This document shows, in pieces, positions 9,251 through 18,945 of a stretch of 64,000 nt of DNA. The stretch is from the IMG/VR virus record IMGVR_UViG_2547132424_000002. One strand, 5' to 3'. A model generated the notes under the pieces. The model did no database searches and was not told where the DNA came from. It saw only the letters and a list, made by a program, of their open reading frames with translations. This DNA is from a virus. Taxonomy: Duplodnaviria; Caudoviricetes. The translations under genes were made by a program, and so were the position numbers. Position 1 is the first letter of the stretch. Each line of letters begins with the position of its first letter.

Positions 9251-9859
9251 ATGATCGAAAACACCAACCGCAGAGACCCTTACGTCCACTTCCTCGGCGG
9301 GATGAGCGACGGGCCGGAGCGCTACATCACCGACATCGAGGCCGCCGGGCAACGCCAGCTCGTCCACGGCTCGGAAATCCCGAAGTCCGGGCCGTGGGAT
9401 CAGCTCGAAGCGCTCGGATTCGTGCGCGGCGCTGACGTGGACGACCTGTTCGTCACCGCGGAACTCCCCGCCGGCTGGTCGAAGCAGGCCTACCACTCGA
9501 TGGGCTCGATCATCGTCGACGACCGCGGTATCGAGCGGGTGAGCATCTTCTACAAGGCCGCGTTCTACGACCGCAAGGCGTCCTTCCACATTGTCGCGGT
9601 AGGTCCCAAGCTCGCCCAGAACGTGACGTGGGGCGACGACCCGGTAACCCTCCCCAGCTGCTGGGATCAGCTCACCGATAGCGAGAAGACCGACTACGCG
9701 GCCGCGATCGAGAACGCGCTCGCCGCCGAGCTCGACCGCCGCGGACGCGTCCCCGACGGCGAAGCCCTCCGCCAGTCCCAGAAGCGGATCGACCGCATCG
9801 CCACCGCGCAAACCCTGCTCGCCCAGGCCGGCATGCGCCCCACCGGCGGCATCCGGTGA
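9251..9859 (+). CDS. Hypothetical protein
   Basis: High GC3; 202 aa. Confidence 0.75.
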   Translation: MIENTNRRDPYVHFLGGMSDGPERYITDIEAAGQRQLVHGSEIPKSGPWDQLEALGFVRGADVDDLFVTAELPAGWSKQAYHSMGSIIVDDRGIERVSIFYKAAFYDRKASFHIVAVGPKLAQNVTWGDDPVTLPSCWDQLTDSEKTDYAAAIENALAAELDRRGRVPDGEALRQSQKRIDRIATAQTLLAQAGMRPTGGIR

Positions 9860-10554
9860 GCAATGGATCTGCGGCGGCGCGAATTGGCATCACCCTCGAC
9901 GAGTATGAGCAGCGTCGGGCAGCCGGGCAAAAGTGGTGCGGGCGATGCAGGGCATGGCATCTGCGGTCGGCCTTCTCTGCTGATCGGTCCCGTGGAGACG
10001 GACTCTCCTCAGCATGTTTGCGGCATCGCCGAGCGGAAGCCGAACCGGCCCCACCTACTCCCGTGATCGAGCTTCCCCCAATCGATTTGGCCTATCTCGC
10101 AGGCATGATCGACGCCGACGGATACATCGGCGCCAACATAAGCCGCACCAAAAGGTACGTCGGCGCCACGGTCGGCATCACCGGATGTAGGCGAGAGCCG
10201 CACGATCTTGCCGTCCAACTGTTCGGCGGTCAGGTGTCGACTTACCTGCCGAAGCACGACCGCGCCGGGCATCGCCCCCAACATCACTGGCAGAGAACCG
10301 GACAGCAGACCGTCCCAGTGATCACTGCGGTTCTGCCATACCTCCGGGTCAAGCGCGATCAGGCGTACGCGGCGCTTGAACTGCAGGAGCGAGTCGCAGA
10401 GCGTCGGCTCGAGCGCACATCCGAAGACCCGTACCCATGGTTCGGTCCGGATTACGACCCGTTCGAGCACCTCGTGGATTTCGCAGTATCCGAAGTGCAG
10501 GTGCGGAATCTGCGGGGTCATGCGCGGCTGGCGGCTATGGGGGCAGGTTCGTGA
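9856..10554 (+). CDS. Free-standing LAGLIDADG endonuclease with N-terminal Zn-finger
   Basis: LAYLAGMIDADGYI; PYLRVKRDQA; N-terminal KWCGRC...DGL..AC. Confidence 0.85.
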   Translation: MSNGSAAARIGITLDEYEQRRAAGQKWCGRCRAWHLRSAFSADRSRGDGLSSACLRHRRAEAEPAPPTPVIELPPIDLAYLAGMIDADGYIGANISRTKRYVGATVGITGCRREPHDLAVQLFGGQVSTYLPKHDRAGHRPQHHWQRTGQQTVPVITAVLPYLRVKRDQAYAALELQERVAERRLERTSEDPYPWFGPDYDPFEHLVDFAVSEVQVRNLRGHARLAAMGAGS

Positions 10555-11012
10555 GGCCCCCCTTCCCTTATTACGAATGGCCCGAGATCGAGCAGGCCTT
10601 GTGGCAGACCGTGTTGACGTTCACGACGCGGCTGCCCGCAGTGCTGGACTCCGAGCTGGGGCGCGAGCATTCGATCACGCATTTCGAGTATCGGGTGCTG
10701 TCGGTACTCGCCGCAGCACCGGATCGCAGACTGCGGTTGAAAGTGCTTGCGCAACAAACGGATGCGTCACTGTCGCGCCTGTCGCACGTGATCCGAAAGC
10801 TGGGTAACCGCGGCTGGCTGACACGCATCGGCCGCCAACGCGATGTCGACGCCGCCCTCACCGACACAGGCCTGGCAGTGGTCGAGAAGGCGGCACCGAC
10901 AGCGCACTCGTTGGCTCGCCACCTGGTACTCGACGCACTCACTCCCGACGAAGCGGTCCAGTTACTGGCGCTGCTGAAAACCGCGACAGCCTCGACGGCG
11001 TCACCCACCTGA
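10551..11012 (+). CDS. MarR family transcriptional regulator
   Basis: L..EH.ITHFEY.VL..L...RLRL..LA.....SLSRLSHVI.KL..RGW...LTDTG winged helix. Confidence 0.85.
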   Translation: MRPPFPYYEWPEIEQALWQTVLTFTTRLPAVLDSELGREHSITHFEYRVLSVLAAAPDRRLRLKVLAQQTDASLSRLSHVIRKLGNRGWLTRIGRQRDVDAALTDTGLAVVEKAAPTAHSLARHLVLDALTPDEAVQLLALLKTATASTASPT

Positions 11013-11073
11013 CCGAATTCTGCCGCCGCGCCGGGATCAGCCTGGCCGACAACCTCGACTTGGAGAGCATGAA

Positions 11074-11754
11074 ATGACAAGCCCCATCGTATTTTTGGAC
11101 ACGGAGACCACAGGTCTGCATGCCGATCGCCGCGCATGGGAGATCGCGATGATCCGGCGAGCCGACGGCCACGACAGCGCTGTCACTCTCCAGGTCACCG
11201 ACGTGGATCTGTCGTCCGCCGAGCTGAAGGGTCTTCAGATCGGCGGCTTCTACGAGCGTCATCACCAGGCTGCACCGGCCGCCGACTACAAGTTCGCGCC
11301 GCTGAACCCGAAGCACCCGTACATGGGGCGAACCGATATCGACGCTTTCGTCGGCACCGAAGCCGACGTCGCCAAGGTGGTCGAGCAGGTCACCCGCGGC
11401 GCCGACATCGTCGGCGTTGTACCGAATTTCGATACCGAAACCCTGGCCGCCATGCTCCGCCGTCACGCCCTGTGTCCGTCCTGGAACTACCACCTCATCG
11501 ATGTCGTTCCACTGGCCGCCGGTTGGCTCCTGGGTGCTGCCGAGGTGTCGATGTGCGCGTCCGACGACGCGGGCGAGCCTCATTCCGAGACCGCGAAAGC
11601 CCGTCTTGCAGCAGCAGAGCTTCCGTGGAAGTCCGACGACCTGTCCCGCGCGGTCGGTATCGATCCGCCGAGCGAGGAATACCGGCACACCGCGATGGGC
11701 GACGCCGACTGGGCGAAGCGCCTGTTCGACCGGATCACCGGCAACAACTGGTGA
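11074..11754 (+). CDS. DnaQ-like (DEDDh) 3'-5' exonuclease
   Basis: FLDTETTG, NFD, HTAMGDA. Confidence 0.85.
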   Translation: MTSPIVFLDTETTGLHADRRAWEIAMIRRADGHDSAVTLQVTDVDLSSAELKGLQIGGFYERHHQAAPAADYKFAPLNPKHPYMGRTDIDAFVGTEADVAKVVEQVTRGADIVGVVPNFDTETLAAMLRRHALCPSWNYHLIDVVPLAAGWLLGAAEVSMCASDDAGEPHSETAKARLAAAELPWKSDDLSRAVGIDPPSEEYRHTAMGDADWAKRLFDRITGNNW

Positions 11755-11791
11755 CGTCGCCCTCTTCCACCCCGAAACCCAGGAGACACAC

Positions 11792-11911
11792 ATGCACGCG
11801 ATGATCGCCCGCTTCCTCATCCACCCGATCGGCACACCCGCCGAACTGCCCGCCGTGTTCGAGGCACCCGCCCTCGTGATCCTGCTGGCCCAGTCCTATG
11901 GCCCGGCATAA
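11792..11911 (+). CDS. Small peptide (39 aa)
   Basis: AGGAG SD upstream; high GC3. Confidence 0.4.
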   Translation: MHAMIARFLIHPIGTPAELPAVFEAPALVILLAQSYGPA

Positions 11912-11955
11912 CCCAATCCTTCCAGGACACAACGCATTCCAGGAGAAGAAGCAAC

Positions 11956-12483
11956 ATGCGCGTCAACTATCAGCCCGCGCTCGACTGGGTGAGACACCAC
12001 CACCTGGTCGTCGCCGCCATCTGCACCCCGTTCTTCATCGCGTCCACGTGGTTCGTCGACGAGAACACGCCCCGATATGTGGCCGTGCTGCAGCTCATCC
12101 CGGTCGTCGCATGGGTGTGGGTTCTCGTCGAGACCTACCTGCACCCACACCGCATGTGTGACCGGTGCATCCACACGTTCATCGTCGATGGCGAGCAGAA
12201 GGCGCTCCGCCGCCGCCGGCTGCTCCGGGCTGAGCACTTCATGATCGACCACAGCAAGGCAGTGCTCGGATACATCCTGGTCGGCCTGATCGCTGGCACG
12301 TTCCTGCCCGCGCCGTGGTGGCAGATCGTGAACACCGTGGTCTCGGTTTCGTGCCTGGTGCTCGTCGCTGTCGGATCCACCCACACCCGCTACCTGCGTT
12401 GGTGCCCGTGGTGCCGCGACGCCGGTGGCGACGGCGATCACGAGTTCATCCCGGACCCCGTCGAACGGGAGCGCGTCCGGTGA
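11956..12483 (+). CDS. Multi-pass membrane protein
   Basis: About four hydrophobic helices; CxxC pairs. Confidence 0.75.
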   Translation: MRVNYQPALDWVRHHHLVVAAICTPFFIASTWFVDENTPRYVAVLQLIPVVAWVWVLVETYLHPHRMCDRCIHTFIVDGEQKALRRRRLLRAEHFMIDHSKAVLGYILVGLIAGTFLPAPWWQIVNTVVSVSCLVLVAVGSTHTRYLRWCPWCRDAGGDGDHEFIPDPVERERVR

Positions 12484-12641
12484 ACGGCCACTCCACGCTG
12501 GCCTACCTCGCCGAGGCCGAACGCCGCGGCGCCGTCGGTACCAGCCTGATCGCCTGGAACGACTGCGGCTGCAGCATCTGCGAAATCCGGTTCCGCCACC
12601 GAGCGAATCCCCTGACCGTGCCCGAGGAGGACGTCGCGTGA
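12480..12641 (+). CDS. Hypothetical protein
   Basis: Coupled both ends. Confidence 0.5.
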   Translation: MNGHSTLAYLAEAERRGAVGTSLIAWNDCGCSICEIRFRHRANPLTVPEEDVA

Positions 12642-13024
12642 CCGTCCAGCAGTTCCGGGCGCGGGCCCGGGTCGAAGCGATCCAGTGGGACGGCAGCGCG
12701 GCCTGCGACGACGAAATCTTCGATTGGGCCATCGACGTGTGGTCCCGTCACGAGGACGGCCGTCCCAAGGCGATCCGGAATCTGTTCCTGTCGTTCCGGC
12801 CCGAGAACGATTTCACCGGAATGGAATTCGACGCCGACCGGATCGCCCAATGGAAAGCGGAAGGGTTCTCGGCCGTCGTCTACGACAACAGCACCGGCCG
12901 ATGGTCGGGTGTCCGCACCGGCGACTGGGTGGTCGCGGTCGAGCCCGAGACCTACCAGCCGATGTCCGTCGACAAATTCCACGCCACCTACGAACGGACC
13001 CCCCAGGAGACCGATCATGCCTGA
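12638..13024 (+). CDS. Conserved phage hypothetical protein
   Basis: VEAIQWDG...GDWVV...F..TYE pattern. Confidence 0.7.
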   Translation: MTVQQFRARARVEAIQWDGSAACDDEIFDWAIDVWSRHEDGRPKAIRNLFLSFRPENDFTGMEFDADRIAQWKAEGFSAVVYDNSTGRWSGVRTGDWVVAVEPETYQPMSVDKFHATYERTPQETDHA

Positions 13025-13352
13025 ACTCACTCCCGTCGATCAGCTGCTGTCCGTGACCGTGCTCGGCAAGCCCGCCTGCCAGCAGTGCACCGCGACCACC
13101 CGCAAGCTCGACAAGCTCGGTGTCCCCTACACCTACCGGGACGTCACCGACCCGGACGATCCCGGCGCCGCCGAACTCGTCCGGAAGCTCGGCTACACCG
13201 GACTGCCCGTCGTCACCGTGGGTGACATCCACTGGACCGGATTCCGCGACGCCCGCATCACGCGCCTCGCTGAAATCCACTCCGGCACCGCCGATATCGC
13301 CAGCCTCGACACGGTCGCGGAGCATTATCTCGAGGAGAACGGTGATGCGTGA
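13017..13352 (+). CDS. nrdH: NrdH-like glutaredoxin
   Basis: KPACQQC.AT.R.LD..GV.Y...DV...LGY..LPVV....W.GFR. Confidence 0.85.
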   Translation: MPELTPVDQLLSVTVLGKPACQQCTATTRKLDKLGVPYTYRDVTDPDDPGAAELVRKLGYTGLPVVTVGDIHWTGFRDARITRLAEIHSGTADIASLDTVAEHYLEENGDA

Positions 13353-13986
13353 TCAGACGATCGAGCAGTCACACCGCGTATTCCGGGCCGGGACCAGCGA
13401 GCACGTCCTGACGATCAAGCACGACGACGGCCTGTACCGGCACCTGCACTGCGCCAAACCCGGCACCGGGATCTACAGCTTCGACATCGTCACCTGGCCC
13501 GGCCATCTGTCGATCGGCGGCGACCTCCAGGGGTACGTGTTCGCCCGCCAGCCAGACATGTTCGACTTCTTCGCCACCCACACTCACACCTTCGCCATCA
13601 ACCCTGGTTATTGGAGTGAGAAAGTCGTGTCCGGGTCGGAGCAGCATCCGGAACGCGACTTCTGCCCCGACGTGTTCAAGGCCACGGTCGTCGAAGAGTT
13701 CATGTCCCAGCGTGACCGGTTCTGGCCGGACTCCGCGGACCTGTTCCGCCGCATCCGCCAGGACGTGATCGAGGCGGGCGGTGAGTACGCCGAGACCGCG
13801 CACGAAGCCTTGCGGACCTTCGAGTTCCATTCCCAGGGGCGCACGTTCTACTTCTCCGATTGGTGGGAGCTGAACACGACGGACTGGTCGCCGCATTTCC
13901 TGCGCGCCTGCCACGCGATCGCCTGGGGCATCACCGAATACCGCAAAGCTAAGGCCAACCCCGAGGCGGTGACCGTCAATGCCTGA
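13345..13986 (+). CDS. Conserved phage hypothetical protein
   Basis: FDIVTWPGHL.I.GD...YVF.R..DMF.FF...INP.YW.EK. Confidence 0.75.
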   Translation: MRDQTIEQSHRVFRAGTSEHVLTIKHDDGLYRHLHCAKPGTGIYSFDIVTWPGHLSIGGDLQGYVFARQPDMFDFFATHTHTFAINPGYWSEKVVSGSEQHPERDFCPDVFKATVVEEFMSQRDRFWPDSADLFRRIRQDVIEAGGEYAETAHEALRTFEFHSQGRTFYFSDWWELNTTDWSPHFLRACHAIAWGITEYRKAKANPEAVTVNA

Positions 13987-14383
13987 CCAGACACGCTCCG
14001 AACACCTCACGGTGCCGACAGCAGCCGAGCGCATAGCCGGGTTGGAAACGCTCGCCGAGCGGCGCCGGATCCGTATGGCCGCGGCCGAGTTGGACGTGAC
14101 CGAGGCACGCGAACGCATCGCCGCACTCGAAGCGCAGCTGCGCGATGAGGGAAACAGGGTCGGCCGACTGGAGGATGCGCTCCGCGCCGCATGCGCTGAG
14201 GGTTCCGACGCCCGCGCCCGCCTCGATGAACTGGAGACCGTCATGTTCCGCGACGTGTCGCGCATGCTCGCCGATCTCGGAATCACCAACCCGCCGCCGC
14301 GGCTTGCTGCACTGCTGCGTGCCGAGGCCGACCAGCGGATGAGCGCGCTGACGCGCGAGCCCGAGGGAGCAGACCGTGACTGA
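13979..14383 (+). CDS. Coiled-coil hypothetical protein (MPDQT family)
   Basis: Coupled; ARERIAALE module. Confidence 0.65.
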   Translation: MPDQTRSEHLTVPTAAERIAGLETLAERRRIRMAAAELDVTEARERIAALEAQLRDEGNRVGRLEDALRAACAEGSDARARLDELETVMFRDVSRMLADLGITNPPPRLAALLRAEADQRMSALTREPEGADRD

Positions 14384-14984
14384 CCAGATACCGGACGCGC
14401 GTAAGCCAGCCCCGTTCAGCGATGGTGATCTCAGAGAGTTCGCCACCGGCCTCACCACGGCGAGCAATTCCTATGCGGCAGTGCAAGACCTGTCGACCGA
14501 ACTGCTCGATGCCCGCGGCCGACTCGACGAAGTTTGCCGCCTCCACGCGAAAGCGGCCGACGGGCTGGCGCAGGCCCGCGGCTGGGCTGCCTGGTTCGCC
14601 GCCGAACGCGACCACATCTACCGGGCGCTCCACGCCATGGAAACGGACCGGAATCAGCTACGCGCCCGGGTCAGCGAACTGTCCGCGGGCCAGGGCGAGT
14701 TGATCCGGAAGCTGTCGAAAGCGTCGGCTCGGCTGTGCGAGCTGGACGACGCCGCAGCTGCCGCTGGCGCTGCGGCGCGTGGCGGACTGTTCGCGGTCCC
14801 TGCCCCGGAGCCCGCACCGTGCCCGACCTGCAACGGCGCAGGGCGAGTAGCGAACACCGACGACCAAGAGCCGTGGTCGGCGTGGTCGAACCTGCCGCCC
14901 GGATCCGACGCCGCGGTCCGTCTCGGCCTGGTGCGACCGATCCCGTGCCCGACCTGCAACAGCGAGGAGAACGACCGTGGATAG
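14376..14984 (+). CDS. Coiled-coil protein with DnaJ-type Zn finger
   Basis: CPTCNGAG ... CPTC. Confidence 0.65.
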   Translation: MTDQIPDARKPAPFSDGDLREFATGLTTASNSYAAVQDLSTELLDARGRLDEVCRLHAKAADGLAQARGWAAWFAAERDHIYRALHAMETDRNQLRARVSELSAGQGELIRKLSKASARLCELDDAAAAAGAAARGGLFAVPAPEPAPCPTCNGAGRVANTDDQEPWSAWSNLPPGSDAAVRLGLVRPIPCPTCNSEENDRG

Positions 14985-15534
14985 TGCTCAGACCGTCTAC
15001 TGCTACGACCTCGAATTCCTCGAGGATGGACGCACCATCGAACTCATCTCCATCGGCCTCGTGTCCGAGACCGGCCGCGAGTACTACGCGGTCAACGCCG
15101 ACATGCCGGTCGATCGGATCAAGAACAACCGCTGGCTGATGAACAACGTGTGGCCGTCGCTGCCTCTGCGCGGGCGCAAGGTGAACACCGGCTATCCGAG
15201 CGGCGAGAGCGTCGGCGTACTCGACACCGCCTCGACGTTGCTGCGCCCCCGCTGGGTGATTGCGAACGAGGTCCGCGAATTCCTCCTCGCCGAGGACGAA
15301 CCCGTGCTGTGGGCGGATTTCGGGGCCTACGACCATGTGGCCCTCTGCCAGCTGTGGGGCCCGATGATCCGGAAGCCGGAAGGCATCCCGATGTTCACCC
15401 ACGACCTCGAGCAGGCTATCGCGCTGGTCCCCGGGTTCGTGAAACCCGAACAGGCCGAAGGCCAGCACAACGCGCTCGAGGATGCCCGCCACAACATGCG
15501 CGTCCTGCGTGCACTGTGGGAGGCCGCTCGATGA
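14977..15534 (+). CDS. 3'-5' exoribonuclease (RNase AS/DUF5051-like, DEDDh)
   Basis: YDLEFLEDG.TIELISIG...AYDHV.LCQLWG...HNALEDA. Confidence 0.85.
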   Translation: MDSAQTVYCYDLEFLEDGRTIELISIGLVSETGREYYAVNADMPVDRIKNNRWLMNNVWPSLPLRGRKVNTGYPSGESVGVLDTASTLLRPRWVIANEVREFLLAEDEPVLWADFGAYDHVALCQLWGPMIRKPEGIPMFTHDLEQAIALVPGFVKPEQAEGQHNALEDARHNMRVLRALWEAAR

Positions 15535-16013
15535 GCGACATCCGTGTAATCGTTACCGGCTCACGGGATTACCCCACCCCGGAGCATGTGCACGCTGCGC
15601 TGACCGCCGCACTGTTTACGTGTTGCGGCGGCCCGTCCGCCACTCTCACCGTCGTGCACGGCGCCTGCCCCACCGGCGCTGACGCCTTCGCGCACGAATG
15701 GTGCCAGCAGACCGACAACATCGTCGCGGGCGTGCTCGAGGAACCGCATCCGGCGGACTGGGACACCTGCACCCCGGCCTGCTACCACCGGCCGCGCACC
15801 AACCCCGACGGCAGCAACCGCTGCCCGGCCGCGGGACCGCGCCGGAACACCGAAATGGTCGAGCGCGGCGCCGATCTGGTCCTCGGATTCCCGCTCGACG
15901 GTCCGCGCAGCAAATCCCGCGGCACCTACGACTGCATGGACAAGGCCATCGGCGTGATCCCGGTCTGGTTCCGCACGCCCAGCGCACACGAATTGACGGA
16001 GGCCCGCCGATGA
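15531..16013 (+). CDS. DUF2493 / SLOG (YspA-like) protein
   Basis: VIVTGSR, VVHGACPTGAD, ADW, AGP.RN..MV. Confidence 0.8.
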   Translation: MSDIRVIVTGSRDYPTPEHVHAALTAALFTCCGGPSATLTVVHGACPTGADAFAHEWCQQTDNIVAGVLEEPHPADWDTCTPACYHRPRTNPDGSNRCPAAGPRRNTEMVERGADLVLGFPLDGPRSKSRGTYDCMDKAIGVIPVWFRTPSAHELTEARR

Positions 16014-16765
16014 CCAGCAACGAGGAACAACGCCACGCCGAGATCATCGAAGTCGACGGCGGCCGAATGCTCATCCACGGCCGCGAGCCGCTGGACGAAG
16101 CGAGCCGCGCCGCGGTGCTCGAGGTCGCCCGGTCAGCGAAGGCGTTGGTGGATGCGGCCCGGCCGACCGACGAGCAGATGCGGAAGTGGTCCGACAAGCT
16201 CGCCGGTATGCCGACCAAGGGGTTGGGTGCGCAGTTCCTGGCCGGGCGGCTGCTCCGCGAGCTGGAAGCCGAGCGCGCCCGGCACGCCGAAACCGAGGCG
16301 AAGTACCAGGAGTGCGAGGCACACCTGACCACGGCACTGGACCACATCGACAAACAGGCTGTGCCGCAACCTGATACGACCCGGATCGAACAGGCTCTGG
16401 TCATCGCCTGGGATGACGGCAACGCCACCGGACTCGACGGCTGGACCGGGCCCGGCCGCGGCGCCGGAGATGTCGACGACGAAGCGATCCGCCGCCGCAA
16501 TCGCTCGCTCCGCAAGCTCCTGACCGAACTCGCCCAGCCAGCCAGCGTCCCACCACCGGTCACGGTCGGGTACCTGGTCGGCTGGCAGGACGACGACAGC
16601 CAGGTCCGCGTCGAGCTGGACGAAGAAGAAAACATCGTGTCCGGCGCGAGCACCAACGCGTACGCCTACATCGGCGACGCGCGGGAGTTCGTTGCCGAGC
16701 TCGGGCCCAGCGACCCCGACACCCAATTCAAGGTCTACGGACTGCGGGAGATGCCCAATGCCTGA
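16010..16765 (+). CDS. Modular hypothetical protein
   Basis: Coupled; high GC3. Confidence 0.7.
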   Translation: MTSNEEQRHAEIIEVDGGRMLIHGREPLDEASRAAVLEVARSAKALVDAARPTDEQMRKWSDKLAGMPTKGLGAQFLAGRLLRELEAERARHAETEAKYQECEAHLTTALDHIDKQAVPQPDTTRIEQALVIAWDDGNATGLDGWTGPGRGAGDVDDEAIRRRNRSLRKLLTELAQPASVPPPVTVGYLVGWQDDDSQVRVELDEEENIVSGASTNAYAYIGDAREFVAELGPSDPDTQFKVYGLREMPNA

Positions 16766-17606
16766 CCAGACACCCGAACCGCCCATCGACATCGAGGATC
16801 TCACCCCCGCTGGCCCGATGTCCGGTAGCCCGAACTATGAAGACAACTGGCGACTTCAGTGGATGCGCGAGCAGGAGGAAGCGCGCGCACGCCAGACTGC
16901 CGACCCGGTCTCCCTGCCATCGGATGCCGCGCTGGCCGATCTGCGTGCCCGGCTCATCGAGGACGGCGTCATCCCGCCTTCGGACGACCCGGCGCCCGAG
17001 ATCACACCTGCCGCACGCAGGTTCGCCGAGGACATGACCACGGCCAACCGGATGCCGTTCGCGGAACTGGTCGTGCGGTACGCCCGTGCCCTGTCCGCGC
17101 TCCGGACCGTGCAGGCATCCCGCTATCAGTGGATGGGCATCGCCCAGCATTTGCAGTCCTACGGCCGGAATATGCAGCAGGTCGCGGCGACCAACGCGGA
17201 CGCTCATGACCGTTTGCGCGATCGTGTCGCCGCGGAGGAACGTCGCACAGGCGAGGCGGCCCGTTTGCTGGCTGCCGAGAGCGCGCAGGTGGCCACCTTG
17301 AAGGCTGATCGCAACGTCATCACCGGGCAGCTTCGGGGGTCGCGGATGCTTGTGTCCGAACGTGATACCGAACTGGCCGTCGCCCGCGCCCGTATCGCCG
17401 AGTTGGAGCGTCTTGTCGACGTCGCCGAGGAGTCGCGCACGGATCTGATTGGGCAACTCGACAGAGCCAATGCTCGCGCCGCCGAGCTGGAGGAGCAGAG
17501 CGGGTTGCAGGCCGCATATGAAGCGTGGCTTCACGGTCAACACGGCATCGACGAGAGCTACTACAGCGACTTCTTGGAATGGCGGAAGGAGGCGACCGGT
17601 GCCTGA
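16758..17606 (+). CDS. Coiled-coil hypothetical protein (MPDQT family)
   Basis: Coupled; ARARIAELE module. Confidence 0.7.
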   Translation: MPDQTPEPPIDIEDLTPAGPMSGSPNYEDNWRLQWMREQEEARARQTADPVSLPSDAALADLRARLIEDGVIPPSDDPAPEITPAARRFAEDMTTANRMPFAELVVRYARALSALRTVQASRYQWMGIAQHLQSYGRNMQQVAATNADAHDRLRDRVAAEERRTGEAARLLAAESAQVATLKADRNVITGQLRGSRMLVSERDTELAVARARIAELERLVDVAEESRTDLIGQLDRANARAAELEEQSGLQAAYEAWLHGQHGIDESYYSDFLEWRKEATGA

Positions 17607-18237
17607 CCAGACACCTAAACCGCTCACCGACGAGCAGTTGCGTCGGCTCACCGAGTACGTCCACCCCGACGAGGACACCGACTACGTGCGTGCGTGGCTG
17701 CATTCGATGGCCCGTGAACTCCTCGCCGCCCGTCACGAGCTGGACGAGCTGCGTGCCAGGCGTGCCGATTCCTGGGCCGCTATCGATGCCCTGGGCGACG
17801 ACCTCGCCGCCGCCCGCGCCCGTATCGCCGAACTCGAAGCGGCACAGGCGAACCGTTCGGAAAATCCGAATAGCTCGCCCCCGGACGCCTACATCGCGGT
17901 GAAGCGTGACCACTCGGTGAACGCTGAAGATCCGGAGTGGTGCGGCGACGCCGCGGTAGTCCCCGCCGGCGATCTTTTCGCCCGGACGCGCGACTACCAC
18001 AAGAAGAACGGTTATCAGCTGTTGCCGATCGTTGCTGACGGGGACGGGACACGGGCGGTCACGGCACAGGGTGAACCGGTCGGGTATGCGGTGCTGTCCC
18101 AGGCGGGTGCCGATCTCTGGGCTGTGCTGCCGTCTGCGGTGCTGCCGGAATCTGTGGCTGCCGAGCGGGCCGCGAACTACCGGGCGGAGTCCGGGAGACA
18201 GACGCTCGTGGTCGAGCTGCGGGAGGTGCAGTCATGA
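17599..18237 (+). CDS. Modular hypothetical protein (MPDQT family)
   Basis: GTG start; ARARIAELE module. Confidence 0.7.
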   Translation: MPDQTPKPLTDEQLRRLTEYVHPDEDTDYVRAWLHSMARELLAARHELDELRARRADSWAAIDALGDDLAAARARIAELEAAQANRSENPNSSPPDAYIAVKRDHSVNAEDPEWCGDAAVVPAGDLFARTRDYHKKNGYQLLPIVADGDGTRAVTAQGEPVGYAVLSQAGADLWAVLPSAVLPESVAAERAANYRAESGRQTLVVELREVQS

Positions 18238-18602
18238 GCTACGGCCACTACTCGACCGATTGTCACGAGCATCATCCGATCGTTTCTGATGTCGCCGCCG
18301 AAGTTGTCACGCTGTGTGGCTCCATGCGGTTCTTCGACCGGATGTTGTCTGTCGCAGCAGAACTCACAAGTCAAGGCGTGATCGTCATTGCGCCCTTCTG
18401 TGTTGTCCCGCCCGGCCATCAGGCCGGCGAAGCCAAGGCCGATCTCGATGCGCTGCACCGCGACAAGATCCGGCTGGCAACGCGACGGATCGTGGTCGTG
18501 AGCGATGAGACCGGTTACATCGGCGACTCGACCCGGTCAGAGATGAAGTTCGCCGAATCGCTCGGCCTCACGATCGATCTGCGGGAGGTGCGCGGTGAAT
18601 GA
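18234..18602 (+). CDS. Nucleoside 2-deoxyribosyltransferase-like (flavodoxin-fold) protein
   Basis: VTLCGS.RF...G.IV..P...H..KI.....VV...GYIG.ST..E..FA. Confidence 0.55.
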   Translation: MSYGHYSTDCHEHHPIVSDVAAEVVTLCGSMRFFDRMLSVAAELTSQGVIVIAPFCVVPPGHQAGEAKADLDALHRDKIRLATRRIVVVSDETGYIGDSTRSEMKFAESLGLTIDLREVRGE

Positions 18603-18945
18603 CCTGTCTGCCTGCCCGTTCTGTGACCGCATCCAGCGCGGCGAATACGACGGACTGTCCGGCGCCGTCGCGCACTTCGAACCACTCAACCCGGTCACGC
18701 CCGGGCACAGGCTGTTCGTGCCCACCGTTCACGTCGAACATCCCAACTGGGGCGCTGTCGGCAATGCGATGAACCACGCCGAACTGCATGCGAGTGGGCA
18801 ACCGTGGGACTTCAACCTCATCACCTCATCCGGCGCGGCGGCCACGCAATCCGTGCCTCACCTTCACATTCACTATGTGCCACGGCGGCCGGACGATGGC
18901 CTGCACCTGCCGTGGACCGGACAGAAACGAGGCCACCATGCCTGA
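18595..18945 (+). CDS. HIT family nucleotide hydrolase
   Basis: CPFC, PLNPVTPGH.L.VP, QSVPHLHIHYVPR histidine triad. Confidence 0.9.
   Translation: MNDLSACPFCDRIQRGEYDGLSGAVAHFEPLNPVTPGHRLFVPTVHVEHPNWGAVGNAMNHAELHASGQPWDFNLITSSGAAATQSVPHLHIHYVPRRPDDGLHLPWTGQKRGHHA

Noticed and set aside
9856-10554. Intein or intron-encoded endonuclease
   Set aside because: No intein splice residues, no interrupted host gene and no intron core; it has its own coupled start and stop
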